Positions 20,152-29,408 of a stretch of 64,000 nucleotides of DNA are shown here, in pieces (position 1 is the stretch's first letter; each line of letters opens with the position of its first letter). The notes beneath the pieces were generated by a model. The model was not told where the DNA came from and ran no database searches. It saw only the letters and a program-made list of their open reading frames with translations. This stretch comes from an uncultured delta proteobacterium (GTDB lineage Bacteria; Desulfobacterota; Syntrophia; Syntrophales; UBA2185). The DNA is taken from contig CAVSPA010000007.1 of the NCBI GenBank assembly GCA_963729715.1, forward strand, positions 192,001 through 256,000, written 5' to 3'. A program made the translations under genes and the position numbers.

Positions 20152-21060
20152 TTAAGCTTTTCTCTCTATGATATATGTGGCAATCATCCTTAACGGTTCC
20201 GCCCTGTGATCAAAGTTTGTAATCGCCGAAAGCGCATCTGCAACAAGCTCTCCCGCCTTTTTCCGGGATGCGTCCATACCCACGAGGGCCGGGTAAGTTA
20301 CCTTGCCCCGCTTGGTGTCACTCCCCGTTTCTTTTCCCATTAATTTCTGGTCTCCTTCGACGTTGAGAATATCGTCGGCTATCTGAAAGGCGAGGCCTAT
20401 GTTCCTGCCGTATGCTGTTAGGGCATTGAGCTCAACTTCACCGGCATTCGCCAGTACGGCCCCTGCTTTTACGGCGGCGGCAATCATTGCTCCCGTTTTA
20501 CGCGTGTGGATAAAATTCAGGACTTCGGTGTCAACCGCTTCTCCTTCCGACTGGACGTCAACGACCTGACCTCCTACCATGCCGAAGCATCCTGCCGCCC
20601 CGGCAACGTCGTTGATCAAGGAAACCAATTTTTCCGGCGCGATCTTTTCCATGAGGCCTCTATCCGACATCAGATGAAAAGCCTCAGTCAAAAGGGCGTC
20701 GCCGGCAAGAATGGCAATATTTTCACCGAAAACCTTGTGGCTTGTAAGTCTTCCTCTCCTGTAGTCATCGTCGTCCATGGCGGGAAGGTCGTCATGAATA
20801 AGAGAATATGTATGGATAAGCTCTAAGGCGCAGGCCGCGGGAAGAATCGATCCTATATCGCCGCCCACTGCCTCCGCCGAGGCGAGGCATAAGATGGGTC
20901 TGATTCTCTTCCCGCCTGCAAAGAGGCTGTACCTCAGGGCTTTGAAGATTACAGGCGGATAGTTGTCCTCTCCGGGTATGTACCTCTCAAGGGCCTCATC
21001 TATTATCTTCTTCCTGGTATCCAAATACGTTCCAAGCGGCACATTAAGATTCGGACTCAT
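20152..21060 (-). CDS. ispA: Farnesyl/geranylgeranyl diphosphate synthase
   Basis: HDDLPAMDDDDYRRG and FQIADD motifs; xseB-ispA-dxs order. Confidence 0.93.
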   Translation of the reverse strand: MSPNLNVPLGTYLDTRKKIIDEALERYIPGEDNYPPVIFKALRYSLFAGGKRIRPILCLASAEAVGGDIGSILPAACALELIHTYSLIHDDLPAMDDDDYRRGRLTSHKVFGENIAILAGDALLTEAFHLMSDRGLMEKIAPEKLVSLINDVAGAAGCFGMVGGQVVDVQSEGEAVDTEVLNFIHTRKTGAMIAAAVKAGAVLANAGEVELNALTAYGRNIGLAFQIADDILNVEGDQKLMGKETGSDTKRGKVTYPALVGMDASRKKAGELVADALSAITNFDHRAEPLRMIATYIIERKA

Positions 21061-21283
21061 TCTCTTCCACCTTGAATGGTTTGATAACAAGTTCCTCTTC
21101 TTGCTTGAGCAATATTTCCACCCGTCGTTCCGCCTCGTCGAGCTTCCGGGAACATAGACGGACGAGTTTTATCCCTTCTTCAAAAGCCTTGAGGGATTCT
21201 TCGAGGGTCATGTCCCCTGCCTCCATTTTTTTTACTATGTCTTCCAATCGCCCCAGAGCTTCTTCGAATTTTTCCTTTGCCAT
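21044..21283 (-). CDS. xseB: Exodeoxyribonuclease VII small subunit
   Basis: FEEALGRLEDIV...LEESLKAFEEG. Confidence 0.95.
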   Translation of the reverse strand: MAKEKFEEALGRLEDIVKKMEAGDMTLEESLKAFEEGIKLVRLCSRKLDEAERRVEILLKQEEELVIKPFKVEENESES

Positions 21284-21287
21284 GTTC

Positions 21288-22640
21288 CTACTCCTCTTTG
21301 ACATCCGTCACTTTCGCCTGAAAGCTTCCCGATGAAACCTTGACGTCCACACTGCTCCCCACAGCAACCGATGCCGCCTCCTTCACAATAAGACCTTCAG
21401 GAAGCTTTCTCACAATGCCGTAACCTCTTCCCAAGACACCGAGGGGGCTTAGAGTGTCCAGCACGGCGAGATTTGTTCCCATCTGCACCTTGAGGCGCTC
21501 CATCATATCATGCCACCCGGCTATCACATTCTTTCTGAAATTTTCAAGAATAAACCGATGATCCCGGATCTTCAAAAGGGGATTTGCATGGTCCAGGCGA
21601 AGCTCAAGATTGAGCAGTTTAGGCCTCTCCCCGGCCCGCTTGTGGTCAAGGCCCTTCTTGAGCCTCTCCAACCGGTCGTCGACGAGCATGCGCAGATCAT
21701 CAATCCTTCTCTTAGGATCCTTCAGCCGCTCTTGCAGGACGCGCGCTTGTTCTCCCATACTGGCTATCAGACGACGCTCGCAATTGATCAGTCTTGCATG
21801 CAGGGCCTCTATCGAGCTCATGAGTTCCCTTCTCACGGGAACAACGAGTTCCGCCGCCGCCGAAGGAGTCGGGGCCCTGAGGTCCGCCACAAAGTCGGCG
21901 ATAGTAAAATCAACCTCATGTCCGACAGCGGAGATTACGGGAATCCGGGAGCGATAAATCTCCCTAGCCACTGCCTCATCGTTGAAGGGCGCCAGGTCCT
22001 CGAGCGATCCGCCTCCCCTTGCTATGATAATGACATCGATGTTCCCCACAGCCTGCATAGCGGTGATGGCCCTTGTGATTTCCGGAGGAGCCTCCACGCC
22101 CTGCACCCTTACGGGAGCAACAAGGATATCCACGGAAGGAAACCGCCGTTTCGTGATATGCAAAATATCCCTGATGACCGCACCCGTCGGAGAGGTGATT
22201 ACCCCGATCCTCTGAGGGAGAAACGGAATGGGTTTCTTGTGAGCAGGATCAAAAAGACCCTCCGTCAGCAGGCGGGCTTTGAGCTGTTCAAATGCTTTCT
22301 GGAGGGCGCCGATGCCCTTTGGTTCCACCACATCCACGATCAGTTGGTATTCGCCCCGCGGCTGATAGACACTCAACCTTCCGCAGCAGATGACACACAT
22401 CCCTTCTTCAAGATCGAACTTTGCCGATCTGGCCCATGGAGACTGCCTTTGCATGGGCAAGGCCCGGAAGATGACGGCCCTGATCTGACTCTTTTCATCC
22501 TTGAGGGTGAAGTATATGTGGCCCGATGCAGGCCGTCGCAGATTGGATACCTCGCCTTCCACCCAAAGCCTATCGAAGCTCGCCTCGAGGAGTTGCTTGA
22601 TATTTTCATTTAGTTTTGTGACGCTCAATATTTCCTTCAT
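21288..22640 (-). CDS. xseA: Exodeoxyribonuclease VII large subunit
   Basis: GEVSN, SGHIYFTLKD, RGGGSLEDL, GHEVD and APTPS motifs; start moved to MKEILSV. Confidence 0.96.
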   Translation of the reverse strand: MKEILSVTKLNENIKQLLEASFDRLWVEGEVSNLRRPASGHIYFTLKDEKSQIRAVIFRALPMQRQSPWARSAKFDLEEGMCVICCGRLSVYQPRGEYQLIVDVVEPKGIGALQKAFEQLKARLLTEGLFDPAHKKPIPFLPQRIGVITSPTGAVIRDILHITKRRFPSVDILVAPVRVQGVEAPPEITRAITAMQAVGNIDVIIIARGGGSLEDLAPFNDEAVAREIYRSRIPVISAVGHEVDFTIADFVADLRAPTPSAAAELVVPVRRELMSSIEALHARLINCERRLIASMGEQARVLQERLKDPKRRIDDLRMLVDDRLERLKKGLDHKRAGERPKLLNLELRLDHANPLLKIRDHRFILENFRKNVIAGWHDMMERLKVQMGTNLAVLDTLSPLGVLGRGYGIVRKLPEGLIVKEAASVAVGSSVDVKVSSGSFQAKVTDVKEE

Positions 22641-22791
22641 ATTAGCTGCAAGTACCAGATATTGCAATCGCTGACAAGCCCGATTTTTTCTTGTCCTGGA
22701 AGATATCTTGATGAAACACATCAGCAAGACTGTAGCCGCATGTTTGCGGAGTTGCTCGTATCCCTGCCCGATTTGCATCGCCAAACTGTCA

Positions 22792-22820
22792 TTGACACAT
22801 AAGGGAGCTTTTCATATACT
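22792..22820 (+). promoter_or_regulatory. Sigma70-type promoter
   Basis: TTGACA-17 nt-TATACT. Confidence 0.55.
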
Positions 22821-22989
22821 TATTCGAATGCAATATCGTCCTCAAAGATTTCCCGTGTTGCCAGAAACGACAAAGAAGAGATTTGTGGCACAGTCTCAAA
22901 ATCGGAAAAGGTATTTTTGCACACTTTGCTTTGCGTTTGCGGAGGGATGAATGAACAAGAAAAACAAGAAGCGGCCTGCGTTGAAAAAA

Positions 22990-23497
22990 TGCGCTCATCG
23001 ACGATATATTGACATTATCGCGCGTGGTCAAAAAACATTTGTCTACGTCGCAGCTGGAGATGAACGCCGTCGTGAGAGAAATGTGGAAAGAGATTGAAAC
23101 GATCAACCCGGAAAGGAACATCAAGCTGACTGTCCGGGATTGCCCTGTTGCATACGGCGACAGGATGCTCATTAAACAGGTCTATGCCAACCTGCTTGCA
23201 AACGCCGTCAAATTCACGAAGTACCGTGACCCGGCGCTTATTGAAACGGGCGGCTATATCGAAGGAAACGAGAATGTGTATTACGTCAAGGACAACGGCG
23301 TGGGCTTTGAGATGGGGTACTACGACAAGCTCTTCGGCATCTTCCAGCGCCTTCACAAGCCCGACGAGCTCGAGAGCATGGGAGTGGGACTTGTGACAGT
23401 CGAGCGCATCGTACAGCGGCACGGAGGCCGCGCCTAGACGGAAGGTAAGGTGAACGAAGGAGCGACCTTTTATTTTGCGCTCCCGCAGAGAAGATAA
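22990..23497 (+). pseudogene. Histidine kinase remnant (HATPase domain)
   Basis: LIDDILTLSR, NLLANAVKF and DNGVGF motifs; internal TAG 23435-23437 in RHGGRA*TEGKVNEGATFYF; sensor and H-box missing. Confidence 0.85.
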
Positions 23498-23527
23498 GAA
23501 TCCGTCATTTCAGCTAAGACAGAAAAA

Positions 23528-24982
23528 ATGACGAAACTTAAAAATATCGCTGTTGACAAGAAAAAAGAGAGGCGCGATTCCGAACAGCGCTTTCGCCATA
23601 TCTTTGAACACTCGCCCGCCATGGTGTATCTCACGGATGTCGACGGCGTCGTACTGGATATGAACACTGCCGGCGCCAGGATGCTCGGCTATGACTCCCC
23701 GGAAGACCTCCTCGGCATCAAATCATCCCTCCATGTTTATGCCGACCCTCACGATCGCGAACGATTCCGGGAAATCATCGAGCAGACCGGCTCTGTCCAG
23801 GATTTTGAGACCCGGTTTCGCAGAAGGGATGGCACGATCATAGACGTGAGAATTACCGCCACCATACGCAAGAACAAAAAAGGCGGTGTTGCGGGATATG
23901 AGGGATTCGTCACCGATATCACGGACCGGAAGCAGACCGAGCGGGCGCTCCAGGACTCCGAAGAAAAATATCGCATCGTAGTGGAAAATTCCCTTTCCGC
24001 AATCTTCATCCACCAGGGCGGGTTCTTCCGCTTCGTCAACCACCGATTCGCGGAGATGCTGGGGTATGACAATCCGGAAGATGTTGTTGGAAGACCTTTC
24101 TGGGATGTCGTCCATCCGATTGATCGGGCGATGGTTAAGGAAAGGGGCCTCAGGCGCGAGAAGGCGGAATTCTCACCTGCACGATATTTTTTTCGCGGCA
24201 TAAAAAAGGACGGCACGATGATATGGGTCGATTTGAGGGCGACGCACGCTACGTACATGGGAAGAGCCGCCGTCGTGGGAAATCTCATTGACATCACCCA
24301 GAATGTGAAAGCTGAAGAGGAAATCCGAAATCTCTCCAGACGCCTGATCGAGGTGAGTGAGGATGAGAAGAAAAGGTTGGCGGCGGACCTTCACGATGAA
24401 TTCGGTCAGTCTCTCACCTCCCTGCATTTCGACCTCGAATATCTTGAACGTTCCATCCCGGAAAAATTTGAGGAGCAGAAGAAGGGCTGCGAGAGGGTCA
24501 TCCAGAAAGTGGAGCGTCTTGCGGACAGCGTACGAAAGACCACGTCCTATCTCCGTCCCGATCTCCTCGATCACCTGGGTCTCGTACCGGCCTTGGAGTG
24601 GTCGATTCATGACTTCACTGCGAGGCGTGCGGAAATGGAGGTCGATTTTCAGACCCTCGGCCTGAAGAAAAGGCTGAACCCAAAGATCGAACTCGCGCTG
24701 TACCGGCTTTTTCAGGAATGCATGACGAATATCTCCAAGCACGCGAAGGCCACGCTGGTCGAGATCATGCTGACTTACAGCCATCCCCGCGTCATTTTTA
24801 TCGTTAGGGATAATGGGGTGGGTCATGATCCGTCGAAACGCGGAGCTGCCGCAGGAAAGGCACCAGGAGGCATCGGTCTCCTCAGCATGAGAGAGCGAGT
24901 CGCTTCCCTCGGAGGCTCGATCGATATAGCTTCCTCACCGGGAAAGGGTACCACGATACGGGCCGAAATCCCTGTGGGATAG
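23528..24982 (+). CDS. Cytoplasmic PAS-PAS sensor histidine kinase (HisKA_3, NreB/UhpB-like)
   Basis: Two PAS domains; ADLHDEFGQ, QECMTNISKHA, DNGVG and GIGLLSMRER motifs. Confidence 0.93.
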   Translation: MTKLKNIAVDKKKERRDSEQRFRHIFEHSPAMVYLTDVDGVVLDMNTAGARMLGYDSPEDLLGIKSSLHVYADPHDRERFREIIEQTGSVQDFETRFRRRDGTIIDVRITATIRKNKKGGVAGYEGFVTDITDRKQTERALQDSEEKYRIVVENSLSAIFIHQGGFFRFVNHRFAEMLGYDNPEDVVGRPFWDVVHPIDRAMVKERGLRREKAEFSPARYFFRGIKKDGTMIWVDLRATHATYMGRAAVVGNLIDITQNVKAEEEIRNLSRRLIEVSEDEKKRLAADLHDEFGQSLTSLHFDLEYLERSIPEKFEEQKKGCERVIQKVERLADSVRKTTSYLRPDLLDHLGLVPALEWSIHDFTARRAEMEVDFQTLGLKKRLNPKIELALYRLFQECMTNISKHAKATLVEIMLTYSHPRVIFIVRDNGVGHDPSKRGAAAGKAPGGIGLLSMRERVASLGGSIDIASSPGKGTTIRAEIPVG

Positions 24983-24991
24983 AGGATAAAA

Positions 24992-25660
24992 ATGAAAAAG
25001 ATCAGAATCATGATTGCTGATGACCATGCTATTGTGCGTGACGGGCTCAGGCAGCTTCTGAACATTCAGGCAGATATGGAGGTGACAGGTGAGGCGGAGG
25101 ACGGTCGGGATGCGTTGAAGAAAGTGAAGACGCTGCGTCCTGACGTCATCCTTCTCGATATCGCCATGCCGCGCCTCAACGGCCTTGAAGTGATAAGCCT
25201 GATCCGCGAAGCATCGACTGAAACGCAGGTAGTGGTTCTCTCCATGCATGCGAAGGAAACCTACGTCCAGCAGGTGTTGGCGTCAGGAGCCCTTGGCTAC
25301 GTCCTCAAGGCGTCGCCGAGCACGGATATCCTCGAAGCGATCCGGATGGCTCACCGGGGGGAGTACTTCCTCAGTTCCCGCCTGAAGGCGGAGGTCATAG
25401 GCCAGTACTTGAAGACGCGGCCGGCGGCCGTGGCTGTCCGCGGCTATGAGCTCCTCACGGAAAGAGAACAACAGGTCTTCCGTCTGGTCGCCCAGGGCCA
25501 CTCCACGGTCCAGATCGCCGATATCCTTTGCGTGAGCGCCAAGACTGTGGAAAAGCACCGTGCCGGCCTGATGAACAAGCTGGGCGTGCATGACCGTATG
25601 GAACTCCTCAAATACGCAATCAAGATCGGCGTCGTCGATCCGGATCTCTGGGAGGACTGA
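24992..25660 (+). CDS. NarL/LuxR-family response regulator
   Basis: ADDHAIVR, LLDIAMP, LTEREQQV and KTVEKHR motifs. Confidence 0.95.
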   Translation: MKKIRIMIADDHAIVRDGLRQLLNIQADMEVTGEAEDGRDALKKVKTLRPDVILLDIAMPRLNGLEVISLIREASTETQVVVLSMHAKETYVQQVLASGALGYVLKASPSTDILEAIRMAHRGEYFLSSRLKAEVIGQYLKTRPAAVAVRGYELLTEREQQVFRLVAQGHSTVQIADILCVSAKTVEKHRAGLMNKLGVHDRMELLKYAIKIGVVDPDLWED

Positions 25661-25707
25661 TTGCAACGACAGAAACTTTGTATTTCAATGTCATGGTGCA
25701 AAGAACG

Positions 25708-25914
25708 ATGAAAGAAAAACTGAAATTGTTTTGGGGGTTGTTGTTCATCTTGGCGCTGTTTGGTCCGTACATCATGGGCGTCTGGGACGACTACGGGTAT
25801 GGAGGGGTTGTTGTAGCCGCTGTCGCTTTGGTGCTGATCCTCATATCGAGCCGTGAAGTCCGGCCAACCTTCTGGTGGCGGGGCTTGAGAAAAAAGAAAG
25901 ACAGGAATTTGTGA
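25708..25914 (+). CDS. Small two-TM hypothetical protein
   Basis: Two hydrophobic segments and a basic tail. Confidence 0.5.
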   Translation: MKEKLKLFWGLLFILALFGPYIMGVWDDYGYGGVVVAAVALVLILISSREVRPTFWWRGLRKKKDRNL

Positions 25915-25989
25915 ATAGAATTAAAAGCAAAAAAAGTAAATAAAAAGGATTCTTAGCATGCGAAAGATCGGGAGGGCCAGGGGATCATT

Positions 25990-26678
25990 ATGAAAAAATA
26001 TCGCTTGTTCTTCTAATCATTTTTTTGGCTTCCTGTGCCACCACGCCGGATATCCATCTGAATATTCCGGGAACTAATATGGAGATCAATCAGCAGGCGG
26101 AACTGGCAGAGAGACTGGCGGTTTCTCCGAGGAATCACCTCATCCTCGTCGGTTAATTGAGACACGCCTCTGCCTTGTGGGACATCGCAACGGGCCAGAA
26201 ACTGAGATCCCTTAAGTCGTCGTCTGAAATACGTGCTTCCGCGGCCGGCGTAGGGGTAAGATTTTTGCCCGATGGAACGAAGGCTATTACATACGACACC
26301 CGCATCACCGTATGGGACATCGAAACAGGCAAGTAGATGAAGGCTTTTCCGATTGCGGCCGGGGACATGGCCATTTCTCCGGACGCAAAATATGCCCTGA
26401 TGATTGGTCCCGTAAGCAACACGGATCTCAGTATTCTTGACCTCGAGACAGGGAAGGTCAAGAAGCTAAAAGGCCATGCCGATTCAGGATGGCGAGGGGC
26501 CCTCTATACGGTGGATATATCCCCCGATGGGAAATACGGTCTTACCGCAAGCTTCGACTCAACGGTAAGACTCTGGGACATTAAGACCGGAGAAGAAGTG
26601 CGGCGGTTTATCGGCCACACTCAGACGCCTCTGATTATTCATTTCGGCAAGGACAATCCCATCTATAAATTGCCGTGA
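25990..26678 (+). pseudogene. WD40-repeat lipoprotein pseudogene
   Basis: Frameshifted signal peptide (LASC lipobox), in-frame TAA 26154 and TAG 26334, WD repeats (LWDIATG, VWDIETG, LWDIKTG). Confidence 0.85.
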
Positions 26679-26748
26679 AACATCCGGCATCGTCGATGCT
26701 GAATTAAGGTCCGCACCACACATCATTATTGACACCCCGCCTTCACCA

Positions 26749-26803
26749 TGTCATTCCCGCCCTCGAAAAAAACTTTCGAGGGCAGGCTGCGGTGAGAATC
26801 CAG
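26749..26803. repeat. REP-like palindromic element
   Basis: TGTCATTCCCGC...GAATCCAG frame with an internal CCCTCGAAA/TTTCGAGGG hairpin. Confidence 0.5.
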
Positions 26804-26837
26804 CCCAACTCCAAACTCGTAATTTCGTCTTGAGAAG

Positions 26838-26874
26838 TAGGGTCGTCCCCCCCCATAATGGGGTTCTTCCCCCA
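26838..26874. promoter_or_regulatory. Tandem GC-rich palindromes, candidate NarL/NreC-type regulator boxes
   Basis: TAGGGT-N4-CCCCCC and TGGGGT-N4-CCCCCA, starting 21 bp apart. Confidence 0.4.
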
Positions 26875-27061
26875 TTGTCTCCGTCCCCACAGTAATCTAT
26901 GTCCATGCACGGGCAGAAAAAATTTTTGCCCGCGGACAAAAGCGAGAAGGGACTTTGTCGAATCAAAATACCCTGTACTCGAATCCGCCGCCGTCGGCGC
27001 TGCCGGCGATAAGGCCTTCATTTTTTCTTACAGTTATCTCTTAATGAAAGGAGGATGCTAA

Positions 27062-28375
27062 ATGGACTTAAGCGTTATTGGAATTATTTTGTCGTTAGCG
27101 TTTATTGTCGTCCTGGCGCTCAGGGGCTGGCACATCATCATCATCGCCCCTCTTGCCGTCGTCATCGTATCGATTTTCTCCGACATGAACATCATGCAAA
27201 CGATGACGGGACCTTATATGAAAGGGTTCGTCAATTATGCAGGAAGATTCTATCTCATATTCCTGGCCGGTTCCGTTTTCGGCAAATTCATGGAGGACGG
27301 TCAGGCGGCCCGTTCCATCGCCAACGGCATTTTGAGGGTGATCGGAAAGGAGAGTCCCCTGCGTGTGATGTTGTCTATTTCAGTCGTGGCGCTGTGTCTT
27401 ACTTATGGCGGCGTGAGCTTGTTCGTTGTCATCTTCGCTGTCATTCCGATCGCGCGACCTCTTTTCAAGGAGGCGGATCTTCCCTGGCATCTCTTCATGG
27501 CGGCCTTCATATTCGGGGCGGCGTCTCTGTCGATGACCATGCTCCCGGGCACCCCCCAGATCCAGAATATCATGCCCACAAAATACATGGCATCTTCACC
27601 CACTTCTGCTCCACTGGTCGGCTTGTGCGGAGCGTTTATTGTCGCTACTTTTAACATTTTCTATTTCCGCTACATATTGAAGAAGGCAAAGGCAAAGGGC
27701 GAGGTTTACGAGGAACCCGCAGTCGGCCTTCTCGGAGCAGGAGCTTCCGCTTCCGGGCCAATGCCCAATGTATGGTTAAGCCTGGTACCGCTGGTTGTCG
27801 TTCTCGTGCTGCTCAACGTGAATATGCCCTATATCAAGAAAGATGTCGTTCTTGCCTTGACGGGCGGCGTTGTTGCCTGCATCATCCTGTTCTGGAACTA
27901 TTATACCAAGATCCTGGATACCTTGAATAAAGGCGCCCTGAACACGGTTATTCCCATCGTCAACACCTGCGCCGACGTCGGCTACGGCATGGCCGTGGCG
28001 GCAACTGCAGGATTCAAAGTCGTCTCTGCCTGGCTGCTGACGCTTCCCATGAACCCCATCATCTCTCTTTCCGTAGCCACGAACATCATGGCGGCAATCA
28101 CCGGGTCCGCATCCGGAGGCCTCGGAATCATCCTAGAGACTATGGCTCCCAAGTACCTTGCCCTCGGCCTGAGCCCCGATTTGATTCACAGGGTTGCAGC
28201 GATGTCCTCCGGTGCGTGGGACGCCATGCCCCATAACGGTGTGGTCATTACCGTGCTTGCCGTCTGCGGTCTTGTTCATGCCAACGCGTACAAGCATATC
28301 TTCTGGGGACATGTCGTCGCAACAACCATAGCCCTCTTCTTCGCAATCCCGCTGGGTATCATGATTTACGGTTAA
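27062..28375 (+). CDS. GntP family permease
   Basis: Multi-TM; LTYGGVSLFV, PGTPQIQN, ITGSASGG and MPHNG motifs. Confidence 0.92.
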   Translation: MDLSVIGIILSLAFIVVLALRGWHIIIIAPLAVVIVSIFSDMNIMQTMTGPYMKGFVNYAGRFYLIFLAGSVFGKFMEDGQAARSIANGILRVIGKESPLRVMLSISVVALCLTYGGVSLFVVIFAVIPIARPLFKEADLPWHLFMAAFIFGAASLSMTMLPGTPQIQNIMPTKYMASSPTSAPLVGLCGAFIVATFNIFYFRYILKKAKAKGEVYEEPAVGLLGAGASASGPMPNVWLSLVPLVVVLVLLNVNMPYIKKDVVLALTGGVVACIILFWNYYTKILDTLNKGALNTVIPIVNTCADVGYGMAVAATAGFKVVSAWLLTLPMNPIISLSVATNIMAAITGSASGGLGIILETMAPKYLALGLSPDLIHRVAAMSSGAWDAMPHNGVVITVLAVCGLVHANAYKHIFWGHVVATTIALFFAIPLGIMIYG

Positions 28376-28399
28376 TAAAAACGCGGAGAGGAGGAATAC

Positions 28400-29365
28400 A
28401 TGAAGAAGCCGGAGATTAAAAAAGTGGCCGTCCTCGGGGGAGGGATGATCGGATCGAGCTGGGCGACCAACTTCCTCTGGAAAGGTTTTCCCGTCCACAT
28501 CTATGACGTCAGCGATGAGGCCTTGAAAACCGCCCGGGGCCGCATCCTTGGCAACATGAAATATCTCGTCGGGAAAGGCATCCTGACGGTGGATAAGATG
28601 AACGTCGCCCTCAGTCTTGCGAAATACACGACGAACATCGAAGAAGCCGTAAAGGGTGTTCAGTTCATCCAGGAGTCCGTACTCGAGCATTATGATGTCA
28701 AACAGGCCCTGCTCGCGGAGGTGGACAGGCATGCGGCGCCAGAGGCCGTCTTTGCGAGCAGCACCTCCGGTCTCCTCATAACGGAGATTGCGAAGGACTC
28801 AAAACACCCCGAGAGATGTATCGGCGCCCACCCTTACAATCCCCCTCACCTTATCCCGCTTGTCGAGATCAATAAGGGACAGAAGACCGCGGAGGAAACT
28901 GTAGAGAGAACCTACGCATTCTATAAATCCATCGGCAAGGAACCCATAGTCCTCCGGAAGGAGGCCCTCGGGTTCATCGCCAACAGGCTGGCCATGGGCC
29001 TCTACCGGGAAGCCGTCGATCTCGTAGTGAGGGGTGTCTGCTCTGTGGAGGATGTCGATAAGGCTGTATGCTTCGGACCGGGACTGCGCTACGCCCTCAT
29101 GGGCCCAAATCTCATCTACCATTTGGGAGGCGGCCCGCACGGAATTCAGGGTCTCCTCAAACACGTCGGGCCTTCGATTGAGCTGTGGTGGGGCGACATG
29201 GCGGTCTGGAAAAAGTGGCCGCCGGGCTGGGCTGAAACGGCCCAGGAAGGCGTCAACAAGGAAATGATGAACCGTGCGCCGGAACAAGGCCGTAATAATG
29301 AAGAGATCACCAGGTGGCGCGATGACGGCCTCATTGAAGTTCTGAAATTTATGAAGAAACTCTGA
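28400..29365 (+). CDS. 3-hydroxyacyl-CoA dehydrogenase family (carnitine/L-gulonate 3-dehydrogenase-like)
   Basis: GGGMIG, SSTSG, HPYNPPHLIPLVE and GPGLRYALMGP motifs. Confidence 0.9.
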   Translation: MKKPEIKKVAVLGGGMIGSSWATNFLWKGFPVHIYDVSDEALKTARGRILGNMKYLVGKGILTVDKMNVALSLAKYTTNIEEAVKGVQFIQESVLEHYDVKQALLAEVDRHAAPEAVFASSTSGLLITEIAKDSKHPERCIGAHPYNPPHLIPLVEINKGQKTAEETVERTYAFYKSIGKEPIVLRKEALGFIANRLAMGLYREAVDLVVRGVCSVEDVDKAVCFGPGLRYALMGPNLIYHLGGGPHGIQGLLKHVGPSIELWWGDMAVWKKWPPGWAETAQEGVNKEMMNRAPEQGRNNEEITRWRDDGLIEVLKFMKKL

Positions 29366-29408
29366 TGGAAATACCTATTCCTCCGAAGAGGGAGAGGAGG
29401 GAAATACG

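Noticed and set aside
21510..22613. 367-aa + strand ORF and many other long antisense ORFs
   Set aside because: They are shadows of well-supported genes (xseA, nnr, metG and others) with no recognisable motifs.
23435..26336. Pyrrolysine read-through at the in-frame TAG codons (23435 and 26334)
   Set aside because: The first replaces a conserved Trp (TGG to TAG), and both genes carry other lesions (truncation, frameshift, TAA), so decay is the simpler explanation.
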